This document shows, in pieces, positions 49,801-61,600 of a stretch of DNA of 64,000 nt. This stretch comes from Macrostomum lignano (taxonomy: Eukaryota). A model generated the notes under the pieces. It was not told where the DNA came from. It did no database searches and saw only the letters and a program-made list of their open reading frames with translations. The stretch lies in NCBI GenBank assembly GCA_002269645.1, contig NIVC01000475.1, positions 310,001-374,000 of the forward strand. Reading direction: 5' to 3'. The position numbers were made by a program, and so were the translations under genes. Position 1 is the stretch's first letter. The number at the start of each line of letters is the position of its first letter.

Positions 49801-52800
49801 TTTAGGACAGGTTTGAGACAAGTTTGAGACAAGTTTAAGCCAGGTTTGAGACAAGTTTGAGGCAAGTTTGAGACAGGTTTGAGACAGGTTTGAGTCAGGT
49901 TTGAGACAGGTTTGAGTCAGGTTTAGGACAGGTTTGAGTCAGGTTTGAGACAGGTTTGAGCCAAGTTTGAGACAGGTTTGAGTCAGGTTTAGGACAGGTT
50001 TGAGTCAGGTTTGAGTCAGGTTTGAGACAGGTTTGAGCCAAGTTTGAGACAGGTTTGAGTCAGGTTTGAGCTAGGTTTAGGACAGGTTTGAGCCAAGTTT
50101 GAGACAGGTTTGAGTCAGGTTTGAGTCAGGTTTGAGTCAGGTTTGAGACAGGTTTGAGCCAAGTTTGAGACAGGTTTGAGTCAGGTTTGAGCTAGGTTTG
50201 AGCCAAGTTTGAGCCAAGTTTGAGACACGTTTGAGCCAAGTTTGAGCCAGGTTTGAGACAGGTTTGAGTCAGGTTTGAGTCAGGTTTGAGACAGGTTTGA
50301 GCCAAGTTTGAGACAGGTTTGAGTCAGGTTTGAGCCAGGTTTGAGCCAAGTTTGAGCCAAGTTTGAGACACGTTTGAGCCAATTTTTTTGCCAGGTTTGA
50401 GCCAAATTTGAGCCAAGTTTGAGCCAAGTTTGAGACAGGTTTGAGTCAGGTTTGAGCCAGGTTTGAGTCAGGTTTAGGACACGTTTGAGTCAGGTTTGAG
50501 TCAGATTTAGGACAGGTTTGAGACAAGTTTGAGACAAGTTTAAGCCAGGTTTGAGACAAGTTTGAGGCAAGTTTGAGACAGGTTTGAGACAGGTTTGAGT
50601 CAGGTTTGAGACAGGTTTGAGTCAGGTTTAGGACAGGTTTGAGTCAGGTTTGAGTCAGGTTTGAGACAGGTTTGAGCCAAGTTTGAGACAGGTTTGAGAC
50701 ACGTTTGAGCCAAGTTTGAGCCAGGTTTGAGCCAAGTTTGAGCCAAGTTTGAGACAGGTTTGAGCCAAGTTTGAGCCAAGTTTGAGTCAGGTTTGAGACA
50801 GGTTTGAGCCAAGTTTGAGACAGGTTTGAGTCAGGTTTGAGTCAGGTTTGAGTCAGGTTTGAGACAGGTTTGAGCCAAGTTTGAGACAGGTTTGAGACAG
50901 GTTTGAGCTAGGTTTGAGCCAAGTTTGAGCCAAGTTTGAGACACGTTTGAGCCAAGTTTGAGCCAGGTTTGAGCCAAGTTTGAGCCAAGTTTGAGCCAGG
51001 TTTGAGCCAAGTTTGAGACACATTTGAGTCAGGTTTGAGTCAGGTTTGAGACAGGTTTGAGTCAGGTTTGAGTCAGGTTTGAGACAGGTTTGAGCCAAGT
51101 TTGAGACAGGTTTGAGTCAGGTTTGAGCCAGGTTTGAGCCAAGTTTGAGCCAAGTTTGAGACACGTTTGAGCCAATTTTTTTGCCAGGTTTGAGCCAAAT
51201 TTGAGCCAAGTTTGAGCCAAGTTTGAGACAGGTTTGAGACAGGTTTGAGTCAGGTTTAAGACAGGTTTGAGTCAGGTTTAGGACAGGTTTGAGTCAGGTT
51301 TGAGACAGGTTTGAGCCAAGTTTGAGACAGGTTTGAGTCAGGTTTAGGACACGTTTGAGTCAGGTTTGAGTCAGATTTAGGACAGGTTTGAGACAAGTTT
51401 GAGACAAGTTTAAGCCAGGTTTGAGACAAGTTTGAGGCAAGTTTGAGACAGGTTTGAGACAGGTTTGAGTCAGGTTTGAGACAGGTTTGAGTCAGGTTTA
51501 GGACAGGTTTGAGTCAGGTTTGAGACAGGTTTGAGCCAAGTTTGAGACAGGTTTGAGTCAGGTTTAGGACAGGTTTGAGTCAGGTTTGAGTCAGGTTTGA
51601 GACAGGTTTGAGCCAAGTTTGAGACAGGTTTGAGTCAGGTTTGAGCTAGGTTTAGGACAGGTTTGAGCCAAGTTTGAGACAGGTTTGAGTCAGGTTTGAG
51701 TCAGGTTTGAGACAGGTTTGAGCCAAGTTTGAGACAGGTTTGAGTCAGGTTTGAGTCAGGTTTGAGTCAGGTTTGAGACAGGTTTGAGCCAAGTTTGAGA
51801 CAGGTTTGAGTCAGGTTTGAGCTAGGTTTGAGCCAAGTTTGAGCCAAGTTTGAGACACGTTTGAGCCAAGTTTGAGCCAGGTTTGAGACAGGTTTGAGTC
51901 AGGTTTGAGTCAGGTTTGAGACAGGTTTGAGCCAAGTTTGAGACAGGTTTGAGTCAGGTTTGAGCCAGGTTTGAGCCAAGTTTGAGCCAAGTTTGAGACA
52001 CGTTTGAGCCAATTTTTTTGCCAGGTTTGAGCCAAATTTGAGCCAAGTTTGAGCCAAGTTTGAGACAGGTTTGAGTCAGGTTTGAGCCAGGTTTGAGTCA
52101 GGTTTAGGACACGTTTGAGTCAGGTTTGAGTCAGATTTAGGACAGGTTTGAGACAAGTTTGAGACAAGTTTAAGCCAGGTTTGAGACAAGTTTGAGGCAA
52201 GTTTGAGACAGGTTTGAGACAGGTTTGAGTCAGGTTTGAGACAGGTTTGAGTCAGGTTTAGGACAGGTTTGAGTCAGGTTTGAGTCAGGTTTGAGACAGG
52301 TTTGAGCCAAGTTTGAGACAGGTTTGAGACACGTTTGAGCCAAGTTTGAGCCAGGTTTGAGCCAAGTTTGAGCCAAGTTTGAGACAGGTTTGAGCCAAGT
52401 TTGAGCCAAGTTTGAGTCAGGTTTGAGACAGGTTTGAGCCAAGTTTGAGACAGGTTTGAGTCAGGTTTGAGTCAGGTTTGAGTCAGGTTTGAGACAGGTT
52501 TGAGCCAAGTTTGAGACAGGTTTGAGACAGGTTTGAGCTAGGTTTGAGCCAAGTTTGAGCCAAGTTTGAGACACGTTTGAGCCAAGTTTGAGCCAGGTTT
52601 GAGCCAAGTTTGAGCCAAGTTTGAGCCAGGTTTGAGCCAAGTTTGAGACACATTTGAGTCAGGTTTGAGTCAGGTTTGAGACAGGTTTGAGTCAGGTTTG
52701 AGTCAGGTTTGAGACAGGTTTGAGCCAAGTTTGAGACAGGTTTGAGTCAGGTTTGAGCCAGGTTTGAGCCAAGTTTGAGCCAAGTTTGAGACACGTTTGA

Positions 52801-55800
52801 GCCAATTTTTTTGCCAGGTTTGAGCCAAATTTGAGCCAAGTTTGAGCCAAGTTTGAGACAGGTTTGAGACAGGTTTGAGTCAGGTTTAAGACAGGTTTGA
52901 GTCAGGTTTAGGACAGGTTTGAGTCAGGTTTGAGACAGGTTTGAGCCAAGTTTGAGACAGGTTTGAGTCAGGTTTGAGTCAGGTTTGAGACAGGTTTGAG
53001 CCAAGTTTGAGACAGGTTTGAGTCAGGTTTGAGTCAGGTTTGAGTCAGGTTTGAGTCAAGTTTGAGACAGGTTTGAGTCAAGGTTTGAGCCAGGTTTGAG
53101 CCAAGTTTGAGCCAGGTTTGAGCCAAGTTTGAGACACGTTTGAGCCATTTTTTTGCCAGATTTGAGCCACGTTTGAGCCAAGTTGGAGCCAAGTTTGAGA
53201 CACGTTTGAGCCAATTTTTTTGCCAGGTTTGAGCCAAGTTTGAGCCAAGTTTGAGTCAGGTTTGAGACAGGTTTGAGCCAAGTTTGAGACAGGTTTGAGT
53301 CAGGTTTGAGTCAGGTTTGAGTCAGGTTTGAGACAGGTTTGAGCCAAGTTTGAGACAGGTTTGAGTCAGGTTTGAGCTAGGTTTGAGCCAAGTTTGAGCC
53401 AAGTTTGAGACACGTTTGAGCCAAGTTTGAGCCAGGTTTGAGCCAAGTTTGAGACACGTTTGAGTCAGGTTTGAGCCAAGTTTGAGACACGTTTGAGACA
53501 GGTTTGAGTCAGGTTTGAGTCAGGTTTGAGACAGGTTTGAGCCAAGTTTGAGACAGGTTTGAGTCAGGTTTGAGTCAGGTTTGAGTCAGGTTTGAGTCAA
53601 GTTTGAGACAGGTTTGAGTCAAGATTTGAGCCAGGTTTGAGCCAAGTTTGAGCCAGGTTTGAGCCAAGTTTGAGACACGTTTGAGCCATTTTTTTGCCAG
53701 ATTTGAGCCAAGTTTGAGCCAAGTTTAAGCCAAGTTTGAGACACGTTTGAGAAAGGTTTGAGACAGGTTTGAGTCGGGTTTAAGACAGGTTTGAGTCAGG
53801 TTTAGGACAGGTTTGAGTCAGGTTTGAGACAGGTTTGAGCCAAGTTTGAGACAGGTTTGAGTCAGGTTTGAGTCAGGTTTGAGTCAGGTTTGAGACAGGT
53901 TTGAGCCAAGTTTGAGACAGGTTTGAGTCAGGTTTGAGCTAGGTTTAGGACAGGTTTGAGCCAAGTTTGAGACAGGTTTGAGTCAGGTTTGAGTCAGGTT
54001 TGAGACAGGTTTGAGTCAGGTTTGAGACAGGTTTGAGTCAGGTTTGAGCTAGGTTTGAGCCAAGTTTGAGCCAAGTTTGAGACACGTTTGAGCCAAGTTT
54101 GAGCCAGGTTTGAGTCAGGTTTGAGTCAGGTTTGAGACAGGTTTGAGCCAAGTTTGAGACAGGTTTGAGTCAGGTTTGAGCTAGGTTTAGGACAGGTTTG
54201 AGCCAAGTTTGAGACAGGTTTGAGTCAGGTTTGAGTCAGGTTTGAGACAGGTTTGAGTCAGGTTTGAGTCAGATTTAGGACAGGTTTGAGACAAGTTTGA
54301 GACAAGTTTAAGCCAGGTTTGAGACAAGTTTGAGGCAAGTTTGAGACAGGTTTGAGACAGGTTTGAGTCAGGTTTGAGACAGGTTTGAGTCAGGTTTAGG
54401 ACAGGTTTGAGTCAGGTTTGAGACAGGTTTGAGCCAAGTTTGAGACAGGTTTGAGTCAGGTTTGAGTCAGGTTTGAGTCAGGTTTGAGACAGGTTTGAGC
54501 CAAGTTTGAGACAGGTTTGAGTCAGGTTTGAGCTAGGTTTAGGACAGGTTTGAGCCAAGTTTGAGACAGGTTTGAGTCAGGTTTGAGTCAGGTTTGAGAC
54601 AGGTTTGAGTCAGGTTTGAGCTAGGTTTGAGCCAAGTTTGAGCCAAGTTTGAGACACGTTTGAGCCAAGTTTGAGCCAGGTTTGAGCCAAGTTTGAGCCA
54701 AGTTTGAGCCAGGTTTGAGCCAAGTTTGAGACACGTTTGAGTCAGGTTTGAGTCAGGTTTGAGACAGGTTTGAGCCAAGTTTGAGACAGGTTTGAGTCAG
54801 GTTTGAGTCAGGTTTGAGTCAGGTTTGAGCCAAGTTTGAGTCAGGTTTGAGCCAGGTTTGAGCCAAATTTGAGCCAAGTTTGAGCCAAGTTTGAGACAGG
54901 TTTGAGTCAGGTTTAGGACACGTTTGAGTCAGGTTTGAGTCAGATTTAGGACAGTTTGAGACAAGTTTGATACAAGTTTAAGCCAGGTTTGAGACAAGTT
55001 TGAGGCAAGTTTGAGACAGGTTTGAGACAGGTTTGAGTCAGGTTTGAGACAGGTTTGAGTCAGGTTTAGGACAGGTTTGAGTCAGGTTTGAGCCAAGTTT
55101 GAGACAGGTTTGAGACACGTTTGAGCCAAGTTTGAGCCAGGTTTGAGCCAAGTTTGAGCCAAGTTTGAGCCAGGTTTGAGCCAAGTTTGAGCCAAGTTTG
55201 AGTCAGGTTTGAGACAGGTTTGAGCCAAGTTTGAGACAGGTTTGAGTCAGGTTTGAGTCAGGTTTGAGTCAGGTTTGAGACAGGTTTGAGCCAAGTTTGA
55301 GACAGGTTTGAGTCAGGTTTGAGCTAGGTTTGAGCCAAGTTTGAGCCAAGTTTGAGACACGTTTGAGCCAAGTTTGAGCCAGGTTTGAGCCAAATTTGAG
55401 CTAAGTTTGAGCCAAGTTTGAGACACGTTTGAGCCATTTTTTTTGCCAGGTTTGAGCCAAATTTGAGCTAAGTTTGAGCCAAGTTTGAGCCACGTTTGAG
55501 CCAGGTTTGAGCCAAATTTGAGCTAAGTTTGAGCCAAGTGTGAGACACGTTTGAGCCATTTTTTTTGCCAGGTTTGAGCCAAGTTTGAGCCAAGTTTGAG
55601 CCAAGTTTGAGACACGTTTGAGCCAAGTTTGAGCCAGGTTTGAGCCAAGTTTGAGCCAAGTTTGAGCCAGGTTTGAGCCAAGTTTGAGACACGTTTGAGT
55701 CAGGTTTGAGTCAGGTTTGAGACAGGTTTGAGTCAGGTTGTAGCCAAGTTTGAGCCAAGTTTGAGCCAGGTTTGAGCCAAGTTTGAGACACGTTTGAGTC

Positions 55801-58800
55801 AGGTTTGAGTCAGGTTTGAGACAGGTTTGAGTCAGGTTGTAGCCAAGTTTGAGCCAAGTTTGAGCCAGGTTTGAGCCAAGTTTGAGACAGGTTTGAGCCA
55901 AATTTGAGCTAAGTTTGAGCCAAGTTTGAGACACGTTTGAGCCATTTTTTTGCCAGGTTTGAGCCAAATTTGAGCTAAGTTTGAGCCAAGTTTGAGCCAA
56001 GTTTGAGCCAGGTTTGAGCCAAATTTGAGCTAAGTTTGAGCCAAGTTTGAGACACGTTTGAGCCATTTTTTTTGCCAGGTTTGAGCCAAGTTTGAGCCAA
56101 GTTTGAGCCAAGTTTGAGACACGTTTGAGCCAAGTTTGAGCCAGGTTTGAGCCAAGTTTGAGCCAAGTTTGAGCCAGGTTTGAGCCAAGTTTGAGACACG
56201 TTTGAGTCAGGTTTGAGTCAGGTTTGAGACAGGTTTGAGTCAGGTTGTAGCCAAGTTTGAGCCAAGTTTGAGCCAGGTTTGAGCCAAGTTTGAGACACGT
56301 TTGAGTCAGGTTTGAGTCAGGTTTGAGACAGGTTTGAGTCAGGTTGTAGCCAAGTTTGAGCCAAGTTTGAGCCAGGTTTGAGCCAAGTTTGAGACAGGTT
56401 TGAGCCAAATTTGAGCTAAGTTTGAGCCAAGTTTGAGACACGTTTGAGCCATTTTTTTGCCAGGTTTGAGCCAAATTTGAGCTAAGTTTGAGCCAAGTTT
56501 GAGCCAAGTTTGAGCCAGGTTTGAGCCAAATTTGAGCTAAGTTTGAGCCAAGTTTGAGACACGTTTGAGCCATTTTTTTTGCCAGGTTTGAGCCAAGTTT
56601 GAGCCAAGTTTGAGCCAAGTTTGAGACACGTTTGAGCCAAGTTTGAGCCAGGTTTGAGCCAAGTTTGAGCCAAGTTTGAGCCAGGTTTGAGCCAAGTTTG
56701 AGACACGTTTGAGTCAGGTTTGAGTCAGGTTTGAGACAGGTTTGAGTCAGGTTGTAGCCAAGTTTGAGCCAAGTTTGAGCCAGGTTTGAGCCAAGTTTGA
56801 GACACGTTTGAGTCAGGTTTGAGTCAGGTTTGAGACAGGTTTGAGTCAGGTTGTAGCCAAGTTTGAGCCAAGTTTGAGCCAGGTTTGAGCCAAGTTTGAG
56901 ACACGTTTGAGTCAGGTTTGAGTCAGGTTTGAGACAGGTTTGAGTCAGGTTGTAGCCAAGTTTGAGCCAAGTTTGAGCCAGGTTTGAGCCAAGTTTGAGA
57001 CAGGTTTGAGCCAAATTTGAGCTAAGTTTGAGCCAAGTTTGAGACACGTTTGAGCCATTTTTTTTGCCAGGTTTGAGCCAAATTTGAGCTAAGTTTGAGC
57101 CAAGTTTGAGCCAAGTTTGAGCCAGGTTTGAGCCAAATTTGAGCTAAGTTTGAGCCAAGTTTGAGACACGTTTGAGCCATTTTTTTTGCCAGGTTTGAGC
57201 CAAGTTTGAGCCAAGTTTGAGCCAAGTTTGAGACACGTTTGAGCCAAGTTTGAGCCAGGTTTGAGCCAAGTTTGAGCCAAGTTTGAGCCAGGTTTGAGCC
57301 AAGTTTGAGACACGTTTGAGTCAGGTTTGAGTCAGGTTTGAGACAGGTTTGAGTCAGGTTGTAGCCAAGTTTGAGCCAAGTTTGAGCCAGGTTTGAGCCA
57401 AGTTTGAGACACGTTTGAGTCAGGTTTGAGTCAGGTTTGAGACAGGTTTGAGTCAGGTTGTAGCCAAGTTTGAGCCAAGTTTGAGCCAGGTTTGAGCCAA
57501 GTTTGAGACAGGTTTGAGCCAAATTTGAGCTAAGTTTGAGCCAAGTTTGAGACACGTTTGAGCCATTTTTTTTGCCAGGTTTGAGCCAAATTTGAGCTAA
57601 GTTTGAGCCAAGTTTGAGCCAAGTTTGAGCCAGGTTTGAGCCAAATTTGAGCTAAGTTTGAGCCAAGTTTGAGACACGTTTGAGCCATTTTTTTTGCCAG
57701 GTTTGAGCCAAGTTTGAGCCAAGTTTGAGCCAAGTTTGAGACACGTTTGAGCCAAGTTTGAGCCAGGTTTGAGCCAAGTTTGAGCCAAGTTTGAGCCAGG
57801 TTTGAGCCAAGTTTGAGACACGTTTGAGTCAGGTTTGAGTCAGGTTTGAGACAGGTTTGAGTCAGGTTGTAGCCAAGTTTGAGCCAAGTTTGAGCCAGGT
57901 TTGAGCCAAGTTTGAGACACGTTTGAGTCAGGTTTGAGTCAGGTTTGAGACAGGTTTGAGTCAGGTTGTAGCCAAGTTTGAGCCAAGTTTGAGCCAGGTT
58001 TGAGCCAAGTTTGAGACACGTTTGAGTCAGGTTTGAGTCAGGTTTGAGACAGGTTTGAGTCAGGTTGTAGCCAAGTTTGAGCCAAGTTTGAGCCAGGTTT
58101 GAGCCAAGTTTGAGACAGGTTTGAGCCAAATTTGAGCTAAGTTTGAGCCAAGTTTGAGACACGTTTGAGCCATTTTTTTTGCCAGGTTTGAGCCAAATTT
58201 GAGCTAAGTTTGAGCCAAGTTTGAGCCAAGTTTGAGCCAGGTTTGAGCCAAATTTGAGCTAAGTTTGAGCCAAGTTTGAGACACGTTTGAGCCATTTTTT
58301 TTGCCAGGTTTGAGCCAAGTTTGAGCCAAGTTTGAGCCAAGTTTGAGACACGTTTGAGCCAAGTTTGAGCCAGGTTTGAGCCAAGTTTGAGCCAAGTTTG
58401 AGCCAGGTTTGAGCCAAGTTTGAGACACGTTTGAGTCAGGTTTGAGTCAGGTTTGAGACAGGTTTGAGTCAGGTTGTAGCCAAGTTTGAGCCAAGTTTGA
58501 GCCAGGTTTGAGCCAAGTTTGAGACACGTTTGAGTCAGGTTTGAGTCAGGTTTGAGACAGGTTTGAGTCAGGTTGTAGCCAAGTTTGAGCCAAGTTTGAG
58601 CCAGGTTTGAGCCAAGTTTGAGACACGTTTGAGTCAGGTTTGAGTCAGGTTTGAGACAGGTTTGAGTCAGGTTGTAGCCAAGTTTGAGCCAAGTTTGAGC
58701 CAGGTTTGAGCCAAGTTTGAGACACGTTTGAGTCAGGTTTGAGTCAGGTTTGAGACAGGTTTGAGTCAGGTTGTAGCCAAGTTTGAGCCAAGTCTCTTTC

Positions 58801-60300
58801 TGAATAATTCAAAATATAGTCTACAATCTTCGCTATCTTCGTAAATTTCGCTATCGTGTCCTAATAGTGCAACTGTTTATGTCAAATTTATTGCGTCATG
58901 GTGATGCTAGAACGGGTCTGAAACTAATTGATCTTGTGTGGGAGAAGCGAAAGTCCTCACAGCTCAAGCCTCTGACAGGCGGCTCAACAGTCGCATCGGT
59001 CTTATTCAGCGAGTACATTGTCGGTTGAGGCGAGAACGAGGTCTCTGACAGCCAATCGACCAGATTCGAGCTGGTCGCGAGTTCGACTTCGTCCAGGTAG
59101 AAAGCCAGCCGAGCAGGCGGGATGACGGCCTCCTTGGTGAAGCACTCGAATCTGTTGGCGCTGGAGTTGCTGCCGTCTGCCAGCAGGGGATCCCAGCTGA
59201 CCAGCGCCAGGCTGCTCTGAGGCAGAATCTCTGCAGATTGGTTTTATTTGTTTTACCAAAGTTTTACCAAATTACTACTAATAAGTAGAGTATTTCAGCT
59301 CTAAATACTAGGAATCTAGTGACCCCCTCCGGGGCGCTCAATAAGCAAGGAGCAAAAAATATTCGTGCAAATGCATTAAAAAAGCACATATTCTTAAGAA
59401 TCAATTCCTTCTTCAGTTTTATAAATCACACTGGAGTTCAAAGAAGCAGTACTGGACTGCCCGAAAATGCATATTAGGAGTGATGAGAGTCGGGACATTT
59501 TTCCTAGCTTGCTTTTGCCAAGGACGACTTGAGTAGAAGGACGGGAAACCTCGTTTCTTAGAAAAACCTAGAAGGCAGGTTTTTCCGAAAAAAATACACT
59601 ACGGAGATAGGAAGTTTTCATTTTTTCAGCACAAAAATTGCTATTGCTTTTGATAGGAGGCAGATCCAGTGTTCATCTTTTGATATTTTGTGCCTTTCTT
59701 ATTGCTCTATCGATATTCATAAGGCTTTTAGTTCAAAGAAGTAGGGTTCTATGTGAATTTTTTATTCTACGTAAAAAATTTTTCGGAAAAACCTGCCTTC
59801 TAAATTTTTCTTAGAAACGAGTTTTTCCATCCTTCTACTCAAGTCGTCCTTGGCTTTTGCATTTAAGTTCTCTCAGGCGGAGCAAAGATCCTGCACTGAA
59901 CACTGCGAATTGTTGCATCTACTGACTTCGCTTTCACTCAACTGTTACGAGATGCTTACTTCCCTCACCTTCACCTATAGTCCCAAATTCTTACTTACTG
60001 TAATACTGCAGAAATATGCCATCCTCTTGTTCATCCATCAGACTCTTGCAGAACCACGGCCCGATGTGAAGCGAATTGAAGCCGCCCACAATGCCAGCGG
60101 AGCAGGTGAGAGAGTTGCCGGACTCCCTGCAGGTCAGGTTCGAGCTCTGGTACTGTCCGTCATCAGTGGCGAATTTCATACTGGAGGGTGTGCAGCCGGC
60201 TGGCCCGCTGGCCGAGCTGAACTGGCAGTTGTTGGAGCTCCTCTGAGTCTGTGTGATGCGGAATGCGAGAGTTTGGGGCTGGCTTATTATATTCATGCAC
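36057..60300 (-). CDS. Multi-exon Ig-like cell-surface gene (or gene pair) with a duplicated three-exon module and a GPI-signal-like last exon; 5' end not identified
   Basis: Module 1: about 60270-59999, 59230-58961, 40760-40584. Middle exon 39191-about 39025. Module 2: 38831-38562, 38249-37926, 37208-37068. Last exon 36154-36057 (FSNRASTLRISSTTFGLAAWLTAVLMKFTLI*). Paralogous exons share e.g. CTPSS...SSN.TC.ESGNSLTCS, RFECFTK.A.IPP.RLAFYL, NQQLLASSR, and the same phase-1 junctions. The link from the 39.1 kb exon to module 2 is unresolved. Confidence 0.7.
36355..36950. repeat. Minisatellite, 31-bp GGGGTCACTCAGTCTCGCTAGATCTCCGCCT
   Basis: About 19 tandem copies in the last intron of the Ig-like gene. 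Confidence 0.95.
37228..37888. repeat. Compound microsatellite, (CTGA)n then (CTAA)n
   Basis: Read directly; fills most of intron 37209-37925. Confidence 0.97.
38865..39020. repeat. Degenerate ~24-bp tandem repeat (GAGCCCGGGACCACAAT...)
   Basis: About 6 diverged copies. Confidence 0.6.
39270..39820. repeat. 10-bp CTCTCCCTCA minisatellite
   Basis: Tandem pyrimidine-rich copies. Confidence 0.93.
40345..40570. repeat. ~31-bp minisatellite CTCCCCGCTAACCCTATCTCACTTTCTCTTA
   Basis: About 6-7 copies, degenerate toward the right end. Confidence 0.85.
40777..58793. repeat. Intronic satellite array, 11-bp unit GTTTGAG(T/A/C)CA(G/A), about 18 kb and roughly 1,600 units, with higher-order repeats
   Basis: Period of 11 seen throughout; identical pseudo-ORFs recur at offsets of 1310, 2224, 1630 and 507/607 bp. 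Confidence 0.98.
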
Positions 60301-60380
60301 TTCATTAGCCGACAGAGTCATGCGTCGAAGCACTCTCTAAGATCAAGCTCGTAGGAGTGAGAGTCATGCATGGCCTGACT

Positions 60381-60493
60381 AACAACAACAACAACAATAG
60401 CAACAACAACAACAACAACAACAACAGCAACAACAACAGCAACAACAACAACAACAACAACAACAACAGCAACAGCAACAAAAACAACAACAA
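60381..60493 (+). repeat. (AAC)n tract with AGC interruptions
   Basis: Read directly; immediately precedes LINE copy 1. Confidence 0.95.
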
Positions 60494-61439
60494 TCAGCGC
60501 CTTGCCAACAGCCACATCCGGCTCCCACCCTGGAACTCGTTGGCCGACGCCAGAGTGCGCATGTTCACTAAGCTGCTGTTCGAGCCACTTGAAACCGACG
60601 CCGTCCAGGCGGTCCAAGCCACCACGACCGCGCGCTGCCCGAACGCCGCCACTTACTTCACCGACGGATACGTCTCGGGTGGCGTTGAAAACGGAGGTGC
60701 GGCCTGGATTCTCTTGAGCCAGGACGGCTCCATCAGCCAGAGCCGCGGTTGGCCGCGGGCCGCTGGTGCAGCTCCTTTGAGGCTGAACTTATCGCCATCT
60801 TCCAGGCGCTAAGCGACATAATTGCCAACCCCCCGAAAGAGGCTGCCATTCTCACCGACAGCCAGAGCGCCATCGCGGTTCTAAAATCCGATCGACCATC
60901 AACCAACCCGCTCGTGGAGAGCGTTAAGGAACGCCTTATCACCGCCGCCCGTCGTTCGAAGATCATCCTGCAGTGGGTGCCCGGGCACGCCGGAATCCCC
61001 GGAAACGAACTTGTGGATGCCGAGGCCAAACTAGCGGCCACGCTGCCTCAGGAACATGTCGGCATCACCCTGGATTCGGCGAGGGCCCGCATCCGACGGG
61101 CTGTTAACTACTCGCCCAACATGTCTATGGCCAAAAGATTACGATGCATGAGGGCCCGTGCAGACAACAGGTCCTGGTCTCGCAGGTCCGCGCCGGGCAC
61201 TGTCCTGCATCGACCTACTACCGCAACCGCATCAGCATTAAGGTCGGGGGCAACTGCCATCTCTGCGCGGAAGAGGTTGATCAGTACCACCCCCTCAACT
61301 GCCCGGCCCTGGACGTCCAACGCCGTACTCACGGCATTACCGAAATGTGTCAACTCGCTCGTGCAGACGTAGTGGCGCTTCACCTAGGGGCCATCGGTTG
61401 GTGTCCCCTTTAGGAGAGGCTCACCGCATTCAACAACAA

Positions 61440-61489
<50 letters not shown>

Positions 61490-61600
61490 GCAACAACAAC
61501 AGCAACAACGACAACAACAACAATAACAACAACAACAACAACAACAGCAACAACAAAAACAACAACAACAACAGCAATAACAACAGCAACAACAACAACA
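60494..61600 (+). mobile_element. 5'-truncated non-LTR retrotransposon (I-group/Ingi-like): RNase H plus C-terminal CCHC, with (AAC)n tail at 61431-61600
   Basis: YFTDG, SSFEAEL.AI, ILTDSQSA, LQWVPGHAGIPGNE..D and CHLCAEEVDQYHPLNC, with frameshifts; ends CCGCATT-(AAC)n. Confidence 0.9.

Noticed and set aside
41009-58428. Long minus-strand ORFs such as the 548-aa ORF at 55401-57047 (LKLGSNLAQTW repeats)
   Set aside because: These are translations of the 11-bp satellite; three units give an 11-aa repeat in every frame.
60305-60617. Poly-Leu, poly-Val, poly-Asn and poly-Cys ORFs here and at 61384-61918
   Set aside because: Translations of (AAC)n tracts.
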